From a bacterium (GTDB taxonomy: Bacteria; Zhuqueibacterota; Zhuqueibacteria; Residuimicrobiales; Krinioviventaceae), in the NCBI GenBank assembly GCA_963693055.1, contig OY843751.1:6471008-6535007 (forward strand): 64,000 bases of DNA, given 5' to 3'. A program made the translations under genes and the position numbers. The notes under the pieces are model-generated. The model had not been told where the DNA came from. It saw only the letters and a list, made by a program, of their open reading frames with translations, and did no database searches. Shown one piece after another: positions 25,945 through 36,051 of the stretch; the first letter of the stretch is position 1, and each line of letters starts with the position of its first letter.

Positions 25945-27498
25945 ATGAAAAAGTTCTTTGCCTGGTTTGCATCAATACTGGCAGTATTGATTTTTGCAAT
26001 AGTGATTTTTGCATTGGTACGGACTCGGGACCATCATCCCGATTATGATCTGGACCTAACACTTGAGAGCCCTTCTCAGGAAAATGGATTCAAAGCGGGT
26101 TTGGCCAAAGTTACAATTACCCCGGACATTATAGACAGCTGGTACGATGCTGACGGGGATTCGCGGTTTAATCCTGACAAAGGGGATTCTGTTATTGATA
26201 ATAATGGTAACGGGAAATTTGATGCGTATTGGATGGCAGGATTCAGCAACAATCATCCCATACAGGGTGTGCATGACGACATATGGGCCCGTTCAGTTTA
26301 TTGGGAAAATGGCGATATGGGTGTTGCCTATGTTGTGTTGGATGCCATTGGATTTTTCCATGATGATGTTATAGAATTGCGTGAAATGATCAAGACGGAA
26401 AATCCGGATATTGATCACGTAATTGTTTCATCCACACACAACCACGAAGTCCCTGATCTGATGGGATTATGGGGCCCCACTATTTTCAAAACAGGTGTGA
26501 ATGACGAATATAAACAGTTTGTTAAAGAACAGGCAGTTAAAGCGGTAACTCTGGCGAAACAGCAGGCCGTGCCTGCATATTTAAAACTGGCTAAAATTGA
26601 TTCAACCGGAGATGATCTGATACGCGACAGCCGCCCGCCAATTGTTAAGGACGATACTATCCGTATGATGCAGTTGTGCGATTTGGAAACAGATAAAGTA
26701 ATGGGTGTAATGTTAAATTATGGTAATCATCCGGAAACACTGGGTTCACGCAATAACCTGATCACTGCTGATTTTTGTCATTACTGGCTTGAAGGTATTG
26801 AGAACGGTATTGTTTATAATGGAGAAACCAAACGAGATGGCGTTGGTGGCATTGCTGTCTTTGCCAATGGGGCCGTTGGCGGTTTAATGACAACCCTGGG
26901 CTGCAATGTTTACGATCCCTGGACAGATAAGCATTATAAGGAGGGGTCTTTTGAAAAAGCAAGAGCGCAGGGATATCGTCTTGCAGATGCTGTGCTGGAC
27001 AAGATGGCGTCTGATGATTGGCAGGTTGTAAAAGAACCGGCTATGAAATTAAGAGCAAAAACATTTCTGGTTCAGGTAGATAATGATATATTTAAACTGG
27101 CCGGAGTATTGGGTGTCTTGAATCGCGGATTTATTAAATTTAAATACCTTCGCAGTGAAGTGAATTTATTGTCCATTGGGCCTGTGTGGATTGCTACGGT
27201 TCCCGGTGAAATTAATCCTGAGATTGTAAACGGTGGTATTGAATTGCCTGAAAATCGCGATCTGGAGACTGGCATTGTTGAAACGCCCCCCATCCGTGAG
27301 TTGATGCAGGGAGACATGAATTTTGTGATTGGACTGGGTAATGATGAATTGGGTTACATGATGCCGAAAAGCCACTGGGATGCCAAAGAACCTTATACCT
27401 ATGGTGAAAAAAAGCATTATGGCGAAATAAACTCGTTAGGACCCAATACAGCCCCAACGGTTTATAAAGAGGTAAAAGGATTGATAGATACATTTTAA
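25945..27498 (+). CDS. Membrane-anchored neutral/alkaline ceramidase-like metallohydrolase
   Basis: N-terminal TM segment. GVHDDIWAR, SSTHNHE.PD, NHPE, TVPGE and GLGNDELGY motifs. GGAGG RBS before 25945 (ORF track starts at 25894). Confidence 0.65.
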   Translation: MKKFFAWFASILAVLIFAIVIFALVRTRDHHPDYDLDLTLESPSQENGFKAGLAKVTITPDIIDSWYDADGDSRFNPDKGDSVIDNNGNGKFDAYWMAGFSNNHPIQGVHDDIWARSVYWENGDMGVAYVVLDAIGFFHDDVIELREMIKTENPDIDHVIVSSTHNHEVPDLMGLWGPTIFKTGVNDEYKQFVKEQAVKAVTLAKQQAVPAYLKLAKIDSTGDDLIRDSRPPIVKDDTIRMMQLCDLETDKVMGVMLNYGNHPETLGSRNNLITADFCHYWLEGIENGIVYNGETKRDGVGGIAVFANGAVGGLMTTLGCNVYDPWTDKHYKEGSFEKARAQGYRLADAVLDKMASDDWQVVKEPAMKLRAKTFLVQVDNDIFKLAGVLGVLNRGFIKFKYLRSEVNLLSIGPVWIATVPGEINPEIVNGGIELPENRDLETGIVETPPIRELMQGDMNFVIGLGNDELGYMMPKSHWDAKEPYTYGEKKHYGEINSLGPNTAPTVYKEVKGLIDTF

Positions 27499-27546
27499 AC
27501 AGGGTAATCATTGGGTAAGCGTTGAACTAAATTTATGGAGAAGGAG

Positions 27547-30294
27547 ATGAAAGCATTCAAATTAATGCTGATGTTATGGGTAGTATCATCGACTGTACTA
27601 TTTGCACAGCCTTTTGACGCGAAAAATATTCCATTGCCGGAACACCCCAGGCCTGATTTTATGCGGGCTGACTGGTTGAATTTGAACGGTCCCTGGCAGT
27701 TTGCCTTTGACACAGAAGATAGTGGAGTTGACCAAGGCTGGTTTGATGGAAAACATGAGTTTGATAAAACCATTATGGTGCCGTTTTCGTGGGGCAGTAA
27801 ACTGTCTGGCGTTGCAGATGAGGGAGACATTGGCTGGTATCGCAAAACGATCACCGTACCGGCAGCCTGGAGCGGAAAGCGCGTATTTGTAGTTGTTGGC
27901 GCATGTGACTGGCATACAACGGCATGGTTAAATGGCGAACAATTAGGCACCCATCAGGGTGGCTATACGCCCTTTGAATTCGAATTGCCGGCAGGCACCC
28001 AATCCGGTGAGCTGGTATTGCGTGTGGATGATATTAAACGCGATTTTAAATTGTATGGTAAACAGGGCTATGGCCGTGCCGCGGGTATCTGGCAGACTAT
28101 TTATCTGGAAGCCCGTCCCGATGTCTATGTAGAAACCGTACACTTTACTCCGGATATTGATAAAAATGAGGTTACGGTTGAGCTCATGTTGAATGCTCCC
28201 GCACCCAAAAATTTATCGTTGGATCTTGTTTTTGCAGTAAACGGCAATAAAGAAACCTCATATAGTGGTGATATTGCAAGAGGTAAAGATGAAGTTACTT
28301 TTGTTGTTCCTATTGAAAATGCAAAATTGTGGTATCTTGATGATCCCAATTTATATGATGTAAACGTCAAGCTTGATAAAGACGAATTGGCAACCTATTT
28401 TGGAATGCGCAAAATCAGTGTAGTGAATCTACCGGGCAGCGAGATACCCTATATTGCACTGAACAATGAACCGGTGTATCTGCAAACAACTCTGGACCAG
28501 GCTTATCATCCTGAAGGTTATTATACTTTTCCAAGCGATGACTTTATGCGTGATGAAATTTTGCGTTCACGCCGTATTGGGTTAAACGGTCAGCGTGTTC
28601 ATATCAAGGTAGAGATTCCACGTAAACTGTACTGGGCTGACAAGCTGGGTATGTTTATCATGGCGGATGTTCCCAATAGTTGGGGTAATCCCGATAAGGA
28701 TATGCAAAAAGAAACCGAATACGCTATGCGTCAAATGGTTAAGCGTGATTATAATCATCCTGCTATTTTTTCCTGGGTTTTATTTAATGAGACCTGGGGA
28801 TTAAAAACAGATGGCAAGTACTTGCCAAAGACCCAGAAATGGGTTGCAGAAATGTACCACAAGGCAAAAGAACTGGACAAGACGCGTTTGATTGAAGACA
28901 ACTCGGCCTGTTTGTACGATCATGTGATTACAGACATTAACAGCTGGCATGATTACAAAGCAGGTTATCAATGGAAAAGCGTTCTGGACAATGTTGTTAA
29001 AAATACCTATGAAGGTTCTACCTGGAATTATGCCAAAGGATACAAGCAAGACAAGGATCCGCTTTTCAATAGCGAGTGTGGTAATGTTTGGGGATACGAA
29101 GGCAGCACAGGTGATGTAGATTGGTCTTTTGATTATCATTGGATGATGAATGAGTTTCGTCGTCGTCCCCAAATTTGCGGCTGGCTCTATACCGAGCATC
29201 ATGATGTGATCAATGAATGGAACGGATATTATAAATATGACCGTTCTCAAAAATTTACCGGTATGGGAGACATTGTAGAGGGCATGGGTTTGAATGATAT
29301 GCACAGTCCCTCTTATATAGTTGTGGGTGAGCAAATATGCGAGGATGTCAGTACCGGAGAAACTCTTGATGTACCTGTATTTGCTTCTTTTATGACAGAT
29401 AAAAATTATGCAATGGGTCTTGAATTAGAAGCTTCTTTGTTTGGATGGACAACAACCGGTGAGTATAAAGAATACTGGAAAACCACAGTGCCGGTTCCTT
29501 ATCTGCCCTGGTTGAACCACAAGCTGGATCCCTTGTCTGTTGTAATGCCCGATGCTCCGGGATTGGCTATTCTAGCCGTCCGGTTAGTGGATCCTACCGG
29601 TACTGTGCTGCACCGGAATTTTACCGCGTTTCAGGTTATTGGTAAAAATTTATACCCGGATGAAAAACAACTGGTTCTGTCCGCAGAAGCCAGAGATTTT
29701 ACTGATTCCAAATGGAGCGTTAAACAATGGGACGTTCTTGACGGATTAAAGGTGAACGGAGCAGGGAGCGGTTATTTTGAATACCGTTTGCCGGTACCCA
29801 AAACATTGGATGTTGATCTGGTTGATGAAGCTGTGTTCAGAGCAGAATTGGGCGCAAAGCAATTGTTCGGTAAAGACCAGGATAACCAAACCGATATGGA
29901 TGGCAATTACATGCTGGGCAAAGGCACTAACGATCCATCCCGTAATCCTAATTCTTACCCCATGACGGATGAAACTTTGTATCCCAGTATGGTGCAGGTG
30001 ATAATAAATGGCGTTTCGTGTGGTGTGTTTGATCTCAAGGATGATCCTGCGGATCATCGCGGATTGTTGAGTTGGCACAATCAACCGCATGATCGTAAAC
30101 TGCGCGAGGCGGGTTCTTATGGTTATCTGGTGAATGCTGTACTGCCGGAGAAGGTGATCAGAGACGCAATTAAAACGGGTGAACTGGTTGTACGTCTGCA
30201 AGTGGGTGATGCTTTACCGGGTGGACTTGCCGTTTATGGCGAGAAATTCGGTCGGTATCCGCTCGATCCTACAGTTATTTTTCAAATGAAATAG
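27547..30294 (+). CDS. Secreted glycoside hydrolase family 2
   Basis: PEHPRP..R..WLNLNGPW, HQGGYTPF, GKQ, GIWQT, RDYNHP, putative acid/base NETWG and putative nucleophile NSECG. AAGGAG RBS before 27547 (ORF track starts at 27535). Confidence 0.88.
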   Translation: MKAFKLMLMLWVVSSTVLFAQPFDAKNIPLPEHPRPDFMRADWLNLNGPWQFAFDTEDSGVDQGWFDGKHEFDKTIMVPFSWGSKLSGVADEGDIGWYRKTITVPAAWSGKRVFVVVGACDWHTTAWLNGEQLGTHQGGYTPFEFELPAGTQSGELVLRVDDIKRDFKLYGKQGYGRAAGIWQTIYLEARPDVYVETVHFTPDIDKNEVTVELMLNAPAPKNLSLDLVFAVNGNKETSYSGDIARGKDEVTFVVPIENAKLWYLDDPNLYDVNVKLDKDELATYFGMRKISVVNLPGSEIPYIALNNEPVYLQTTLDQAYHPEGYYTFPSDDFMRDEILRSRRIGLNGQRVHIKVEIPRKLYWADKLGMFIMADVPNSWGNPDKDMQKETEYAMRQMVKRDYNHPAIFSWVLFNETWGLKTDGKYLPKTQKWVAEMYHKAKELDKTRLIEDNSACLYDHVITDINSWHDYKAGYQWKSVLDNVVKNTYEGSTWNYAKGYKQDKDPLFNSECGNVWGYEGSTGDVDWSFDYHWMMNEFRRRPQICGWLYTEHHDVINEWNGYYKYDRSQKFTGMGDIVEGMGLNDMHSPSYIVVGEQICEDVSTGETLDVPVFASFMTDKNYAMGLELEASLFGWTTTGEYKEYWKTTVPVPYLPWLNHKLDPLSVVMPDAPGLAILAVRLVDPTGTVLHRNFTAFQVIGKNLYPDEKQLVLSAEARDFTDSKWSVKQWDVLDGLKVNGAGSGYFEYRLPVPKTLDVDLVDEAVFRAELGAKQLFGKDQDNQTDMDGNYMLGKGTNDPSRNPNSYPMTDETLYPSMVQVIINGVSCGVFDLKDDPADHRGLLSWHNQPHDRKLREAGSYGYLVNAVLPEKVIRDAIKTGELVVRLQVGDALPGGLAVYGEKFGRYPLDPTVIFQMK

Positions 30295-30301
30295 AGTGTT
30301 T

Positions 30302-30337
30302 CATGTACCCGTCATTAGGCGGGTACATGTTTTTTTT
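30302..30337 (+). terminator. Intrinsic terminator
   Basis: CATGTACCCGTC-atta-GGCGGGTACATG followed by a T8 run. Confidence 0.85.
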
Positions 30338-30405
30338 ATCCTGGGGATGATTATTTGTTGAACACAATGATATAATCAAGAATAACACGAAATGGGGAAA
30401 GTCTA

Positions 30406-30969
30406 ATGAAAACACTAGATTCGATTGTTGCGTTATTATTGGTTTTAATTATTTCAAGTGGTTGTACAACATTTCATAGTGCAAAAGGAATAGACAAGGG
30501 CGATGTAATGCTTAGCTATCATGCTCCGTTTGCAGGCACTATACGATACGGTGTAACGCAGCATATTGAGAGTCAGTTTACTGTTTTTGGTTGGGGGAAT
30601 TGTGCGGAATTGTTTTATCATCAACATAATAATGCTTATAATTTTGATTATGGCTTGTCTGCCGGTATTATGTATGATTATAAAGACTATTCGCCGATTC
30701 TTAGTGCAGTGATCAGTAAGGAATATAAAGGGAAAATCAATCCATATATCAGTTATTTTTATGATTTTAATGATGTGTTTGAAAAGAACACATCGTTGTC
30801 GTATTGGTCTGTTGGATGTGAGATCTTTAGTAATGATAATAAAGGAGAAAAATTTGTAATTACACCGGAAATTGGTATAGCGGATGATGTGTTTGATGAG
30901 AAAAACAAAAACGCAACGGTTTGGGGGACAATCAGTTTGGGGTGGCGATTTAATTTCAGCAAAGATTAA
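30406..30969 (+). CDS. Hypothetical lipoprotein, possibly a small outer-membrane beta-barrel
   Basis: Lipobox ISSGC. Alternating hydrophobic strands and a C-terminal ISLGWRF. Confidence 0.55.
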   Translation: MKTLDSIVALLLVLIISSGCTTFHSAKGIDKGDVMLSYHAPFAGTIRYGVTQHIESQFTVFGWGNCAELFYHQHNNAYNFDYGLSAGIMYDYKDYSPILSAVISKEYKGKINPYISYFYDFNDVFEKNTSLSYWSVGCEIFSNDNKGEKFVITPEIGIADDVFDEKNKNATVWGTISLGWRFNFSKD

Positions 30970-31064
30970 TCAATCCATTTTTATAATGCTGTTAAGCGAA
31001 ACAAACTATCTTGTTAGATATGAACCAGGCGTTTGAAGGAGGGTAAACAACCGGTTTGTATCTG

Positions 31065-32609
31065 TTAAATAAAGTGTTTATCCCTTTGCCAAAGTTCTTT
31101 TATACTGACAATTAAATTCCTGCCAATAAATAAGCCGATATTGTTTTCATAGGGTATACTGTATTTTGCCCTGTGAATTGCAACTTGTTCTACAAATTCA
31201 AGTGCATTGAGGTGGTCTTCAATTTTTCCACCGATAATAATAATCGTACTGTAATATTTGTTAAAATGCTTTTTGCCCCAGAACCAGTAATTGTTGTGCA
31301 TGCATATTACGGGTGGTAGATCGTATTTGTCCCGATAATAGTCCATGGCCCCGGCTTCACCGTAGTTATGGGCATATATTACAGTGTTTTGTTTATCCGG
31401 TTCAGGCAGGGAGTGATAAATGTCTGCTACGGATTTTGCCATTTCTTCCCAACCATGCATATCTGCGTAAAACTGGGGCAGCTGGGACAATTCTTTACCT
31501 TCGTTAGATTCTGCCTGAATGCCCAGATTAAATGAATATTGGATAAATTTTTCAACAGGTAATATGGGTATTGCCAGCGGTGCAATGGCAATACCACCTG
31601 CCAGCAAAATAACCGGGACTGCAAACATGCCCCATTTCATATAACGTAATTTGAACAATTTTTCTGTCAGGATGCTGCCGCCTGCAAAAAGCGGAATAAA
31701 GGCGGGTGAAAGATATTCGGGTTTGCTGTGTCCGTTGATAACCAGAATGGCAAATGTTGTTATAAAGATCCAGCCCAGCATTTGATATTTTCTGCCGGAT
31801 TTGGGGAGCAGTAAATAGATCAAACCGGCAATCCAGAGGGGTAACAGAAGCGGGTGCATATTCAGTACCAATCCGGATATAAAGTTCAAGCGTGAAATTC
31901 CATTATATTTGTACTGTGTTGCATTGTGTATGAATTCAAGCATGGGAAAGTCGTTTGTGATGTTCCAAATGATATATGGAGCAAAGATTAAAAGAGCAAT
32001 ACCCCCAGCCAGATAGGGGCGAACAGTCAATAGCTTTTTCCGTTGTGGTGTAAGCAGCAGGCCCACAACAAATCCTATAGCCAGCCATGCCATACTGATC
32101 TTGTTGAGCATTCCCAGGCCTACAATAATACCAAAGAGAATCCAGTCCTCTAAAGAGTCGTTCTGAATGATGCGCAAAAGTACGTAAAAGGCTACCGCCC
32201 AGAGGAGTATATCAAAACTGTTCATGGAATAAAAACTGTTCATACCAAGGTAAATAGGAGTAATACAAACAGCAATGCTGCTCATAATGATTGCAAAAAC
32301 ACCTCCACCCAGGCGTCTTGTTACAAGCCCGGTAAAAAACACCGTGAGTGCGCCTGCAAGCGCGGGCAGTAACCGAATAGCAAAAACAGAATCCCCAAAA
32401 ACAGATTTGTATAGCCATAAAATATAAATAGATAAAGGAGGTTGGTCTACATAGCCAGCGGCCAGATGGTTGGAACATGCAAGATAATACAATTCATCTC
32501 TAAATATACCATAACCGGCAAATAAATTGGTATAGAGATGAACAAAAAATTTGGCAAAGACAAACAGCAAGAGCACTGTCATTTCGGGGGAAATGTGTTT
32601 TGATTTCAC
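31065..32609 (-). CDS. GT-C membrane glycosyltransferase (GT39/ArnT/PMT_2-like)
   Basis: FRDELYY..C..HLA.GYVDQPPL, GLGMLNK, FYADMHGW and NYGEAGA motifs. Many TM segments. Confidence 0.85.
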   Translation of the reverse strand: MKSKHISPEMTVLLLFVFAKFFVHLYTNLFAGYGIFRDELYYLACSNHLAAGYVDQPPLSIYILWLYKSVFGDSVFAIRLLPALAGALTVFFTGLVTRRLGGGVFAIIMSSIAVCITPIYLGMNSFYSMNSFDILLWAVAFYVLLRIIQNDSLEDWILFGIIVGLGMLNKISMAWLAIGFVVGLLLTPQRKKLLTVRPYLAGGIALLIFAPYIIWNITNDFPMLEFIHNATQYKYNGISRLNFISGLVLNMHPLLLPLWIAGLIYLLLPKSGRKYQMLGWIFITTFAILVINGHSKPEYLSPAFIPLFAGGSILTEKLFKLRYMKWGMFAVPVILLAGGIAIAPLAIPILPVEKFIQYSFNLGIQAESNEGKELSQLPQFYADMHGWEEMAKSVADIYHSLPEPDKQNTVIYAHNYGEAGAMDYYRDKYDLPPVICMHNNYWFWGKKHFNKYYSTIIIIGGKIEDHLNALEFVEQVAIHRAKYSIPYENNIGLFIGRNLIVSIKELWQRDKHFI

Positions 32610-32677
32610 GAGTACTCCAATTTTAGAATATATATTTTATACGTTGGCAAATAGAAAAAGTAACATGTGGGGATACA

Positions 32678-32715
32678 AAAAAAGCCCGGTATCTCATCGA
32701 AAACCGGGCTTTTTT
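32678..32715. terminator. Bidirectional-type terminator hairpin
   Basis: AAAAAAGCCCGGT...ACCGGGCTTTTTT, downstream of the minus-strand gene ending at 32727. Confidence 0.75.
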
Positions 32716-32726
32716 ATAAATGGGGA

Positions 32727-33122
32727 TTATCTACTGACAAACTCGACCGCAATGCTGTCCTGAAATATGTTTGCCCGAACCGTACAATTACTACCATCAT
32801 CGTCTCCGTCCATTGTGCCGATACCTTCCAGCACAAGTCTTCTAGCTCCTGCGGAAATTACCGAGTATGCTCCATTTTCATTATCGTCAAGCACGGTAAG
32901 CTTTTCAATGGTCAGGCCTTCAAAACTGTGGCCTCCTCCACCCATCATTTTGGGCTTTATAAAGTATTCCTGCGCACTGGACGCGAGGACCAGCAAATCA
33001 TTAGTAACTGCTTCCAGATTTGAAGTTGCTGAAAACAAGGAGAAAATTTGAATTCCAACAACAACCGCAATTGCCACAATAATTACAGTGAGTACAATCA
33101 ACAAGAGTTGTGATTGTCCCAT
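32727..33122 (-). CDS. Small pilin-like protein with a class III-like N-terminus
   Basis: MGQSQ followed by a ~22-residue hydrophobic helix and an amphipathic helix, plus a YFIKP.MMGGG motif. Confidence 0.55.
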   Translation of the reverse strand: MGQSQLLLIVLTVIIVAIAVVVGIQIFSLFSATSNLEAVTNDLLVLASSAQEYFIKPKMMGGGGHSFEGLTIEKLTVLDDNENGAYSVISAGARRLVLEGIGTMDGDDDGSNCTVRANIFQDSIAVEFVSR

Positions 33123-33413
33123 AATGAGCTCCGTTATTATTCTAAAGCAAATTTCTCTTGTTACAAATCAAGAATTATACCATAATGAGTTAAATTCAAT
33201 ATTTTGCGTAAAGAGATGCATGATATTTTCAGGTCACGCGCTTTGCGTAACACGTTGTTTTAAATTGTGTTAGCGTGAGTTGTGATACTTTCCTGAGGTG
33301 ATATTTGATTGAAAAATGAATAAAAGATGGCACAGTAATAATTTTTTTTGAAAAATGCCCGGAATGTTACCAACAGGGGATAACTTTTTATTTTTATGTA
33401 GCCTACAGGGGAC

Positions 33414-33445
33414 AAAAAAAGCCGGTACAATGATCTGTACCGGCT
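33414..33445 (-). terminator. Intrinsic terminator of pckA
   Basis: Minus strand reads AGCCGGTACA-gatcat-TGTACCGGC followed by T7. Confidence 0.85.
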
Positions 33446-33452
33446 AAATATA

Positions 33453-35099
33453 TTATACCAAAGGGCACTCGGCGGCAATTTTAGCGTCTACCTTGCCTGC
33501 AAAGCTTTTGTCAAAATGAGATTTGAATAGACCTGCAAGTTTTTTTGCAGTTTCTTCAAATGCGTTTTTATCTTCCCAGGTGTTGACAGGGTTCAATACA
33601 TCGCTGGGTACATCCGGGCAGGTTTTGGGGATCCAGATTTTGAACAATTGATCCTGTTCATATTCCACTTTATCCAGATCGCCGTTTAATGCTGCACGAA
33701 CCATGGCTCGAGTCAGGTTAATGTCCATACGGTCTCCAACACCATACGGGCCACCGCTCCAACCGGTATTGATTCCATAAACATTAACATTGTGTTTTTT
33801 CATTTTTTCGCCCAGCAGGTCTGCATAGTCTGACGGGTTACGCGGCATAAAAGGAGCGCCAAAAAAGCGTGAAAAAGCAGCCTGGGGTTCGGTGATTCCG
33901 GTTTCTGTTCCCGCAAGTTTAGAGGTATAACCCATAATGAACCAGAACATGGCCTGTTCCGGGGTCAGTTTGGATACAGGTGGTAGAACACCGTATGCGT
34001 CAGCAGTCAGGAACAGGATTGTGCTGGGGTGCCCTGATTTTGATGATTCTTTAACATTTGAATTGTATTTCAAAGGATATGAAGAACGAGAGTTGGGTGT
34101 ATAACGTTCATCATCCAGGTCATAAGCGCCATCAGGGTAAACCATGAGGTTTTCTACAATTGAACCGTGACTGAGATAATGGTCCGGATGAAATGTAGCA
34201 TAAAAGATATCCGGTTCTTTGTCCGGATTTAAATTGATCAGTTTTGCATAGCAGCCATTTTCAAAATTTGCAACGCCAGTATCGTTCCAGCCGTGTTCAT
34301 CATCGCCCAAAAGTGCGCGTTCGGGATCAGCAGACAAGGTGGTTTTTCCAGTACCCGAGAGACCCAGCAACATGGCACAATCACCTTTGGGGCCTTCATT
34401 CGCAGAGCAGTGTAAAGGAAGAATGTTTTCTTCGGGAAGATAATAGTTCATTACAGTAAAGATCAATTTTTTCATAGATCCCATATATGCTGAACCATAC
34501 ACAATTCCCACACGTTTATCAAAATCGATGGTAACCAAAAGGTCAGAATATTCACCATTGGGCAGTTTTCTAACCCGGTCTTTATATTTATCAGTATCCA
34601 GATAATCATATGGTAATGAAAGTAGTACAAAAGGTTTTTCCGCAAAAATGCTGGTTTCCAGATCGAGGGGAACCGGGCGGAACATATTGTCAATAAAAAG
34701 TGCACTCAGGGGGTTATCCGTAACAGTCAAAATGGGTAAAGCATAAGAAGAATCTGCACCTACAACGCGGTTCAACGTGTACAGGGTCTTTTTTTCACCC
34801 AGGGTACGGATTGCATCGTCAAATACCATTTCAAATGTATCCGGTTCCATAGGTATACAGTTTGCAGATGTCCAGTCGATATTCTTTTCGCTGGTTGGAT
34901 TCTTGACCATATAGGTGTCTTTGGGGCTTCGCCCGGTCGAATGTGATGGGGTCCATGTTGCGAGAGTACCGGACTTCATAACCACTGCACGTTTTTGAGC
35001 AACGGAATCAGAAATCATTTTCTCACGTGATGGATCGACCAATAGTTGACTGGGGTCTTTTTTAAGCATGTCTTTTACAATCGAATGATGTTGTTTCAT
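33453..35099 (-). CDS. pckA: Phosphoenolpyruvate carboxykinase (ATP)
   Basis: TGRSPKD, LHCSAN, GLSGTGKTTLS, LGDDEHGW, NFENGCYAK, FLTADAYGVLPP and NTGW.GG motifs. GGAG RBS favours the ATG at 35099 (ORF track starts at 35111). Confidence 0.97.
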   Translation of the reverse strand: MKQHHSIVKDMLKKDPSQLLVDPSREKMISDSVAQKRAVVMKSGTLATWTPSHSTGRSPKDTYMVKNPTSEKNIDWTSANCIPMEPDTFEMVFDDAIRTLGEKKTLYTLNRVVGADSSYALPILTVTDNPLSALFIDNMFRPVPLDLETSIFAEKPFVLLSLPYDYLDTDKYKDRVRKLPNGEYSDLLVTIDFDKRVGIVYGSAYMGSMKKLIFTVMNYYLPEENILPLHCSANEGPKGDCAMLLGLSGTGKTTLSADPERALLGDDEHGWNDTGVANFENGCYAKLINLNPDKEPDIFYATFHPDHYLSHGSIVENLMVYPDGAYDLDDERYTPNSRSSYPLKYNSNVKESSKSGHPSTILFLTADAYGVLPPVSKLTPEQAMFWFIMGYTSKLAGTETGITEPQAAFSRFFGAPFMPRNPSDYADLLGEKMKKHNVNVYGINTGWSGGPYGVGDRMDINLTRAMVRAALNGDLDKVEYEQDQLFKIWIPKTCPDVPSDVLNPVNTWEDKNAFEETAKKLAGLFKSHFDKSFAGKVDAKIAAECPLV

Positions 35100-35404
35100 A
35101 CTATGCTCCATTTTGATTTATGATTAAAAAATTCTCTTGTCTCTATAGTTTTCCCTTGTCAGGTATTGTTTAAAGTAGCTTATTTTAAAACAGTACCTGT
35201 TCTCTTGAGATATTTCAGTTCCGGATCATAAGACGATAGGAATGTCGATCAAAGCAAATAAGAGAATCGGTTTGTGTGAATCATTGGTATATAGTATTTA
35301 AATTAGAATAAATATATAAAAAAGCAAAACCTTTTTTGGCTTTTTGTGTAAATAATTGCAAAATAATTTTTTTAGACATACAGTGTTTGTTTTGAAAATT
35401 GATA

Positions 35405-35433
35405 TTGACCTTTTAAGGATAGATTGCTATATT
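35405..35433 (+). promoter_or_regulatory. Putative sigma70 promoter
   Basis: TTGACC-17 bp-TATATT with an extended -10 TG, about 60 bp upstream of 35497. Confidence 0.55.
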
Positions 35434-35496
35434 AAAACAAGAATTTAATATATTGGGTTACCATCGAAATCATCTTATTTTTGTGAATATACAATT

Positions 35497-36051
35497 ATGA
35501 TAAAAGAATTTGGACAAAGATCTGTTATTTCATATTACAAGTTTATATCACGCTTTGGGAATCGTCCTGCTCCGATAAGTATTTTTGAGCAAATCAAAGA
35601 CGCCAATAATGTATTATTGTGCCTGCCAAATGATATGCAAAAGCTGAGCGGAATTGTATCATTTGATTCTTTTCGTCAAGTCTTTCCTAACGCAAAAATT
35701 ACCTTGTTATATAATGCAGATACTATACAGAATAATGGCTTTCCAAAAGGCTTTAAACACATTTTTTATCAAAATGCACAGCTTTCAACATTGGGAATGC
35801 CCCCCAAAAGTTTACGTTTGGATATTCTTAGAGGAAAATATGATATTGCTATTGATCTAAGTCTGGAATATAATTACATCAATACCAGTGTGATCTGGGA
35901 GAGCAAAGCATGCTTGCGTATAGGATTTAATCATCCCATGCGTGATGATTTGTACAACTTTTTAATTCGTGTAAAAACAGGCGAAACCCCTGAAAACACA
36001 TATAATTCTTTATTCCGGTATCTGGGTGCCGGTACAATCAAAACCACATAA
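35497..36051 (+). CDS. Hypothetical protein resembling the N-terminal half of a GT9/heptosyltransferase (DUF6913-like)
   Basis: FPNAKITLL, KYDIAIDLS, SKA.LRIGF and LYNFLI motifs. Confidence 0.55.
   Translation: MIKEFGQRSVISYYKFISRFGNRPAPISIFEQIKDANNVLLCLPNDMQKLSGIVSFDSFRQVFPNAKITLLYNADTIQNNGFPKGFKHIFYQNAQLSTLGMPPKSLRLDILRGKYDIAIDLSLEYNYINTSVIWESKACLRIGFNHPMRDDLYNFLIRVKTGETPENTYNSLFRYLGAGTIKTT

Noticed and set aside
35112-35496. Long intergenic region upstream of pckA as a riboswitch or sRNA
   Set aside because: No recognisable conserved motif. It is explained by divergent promoters and AT-rich spacer.
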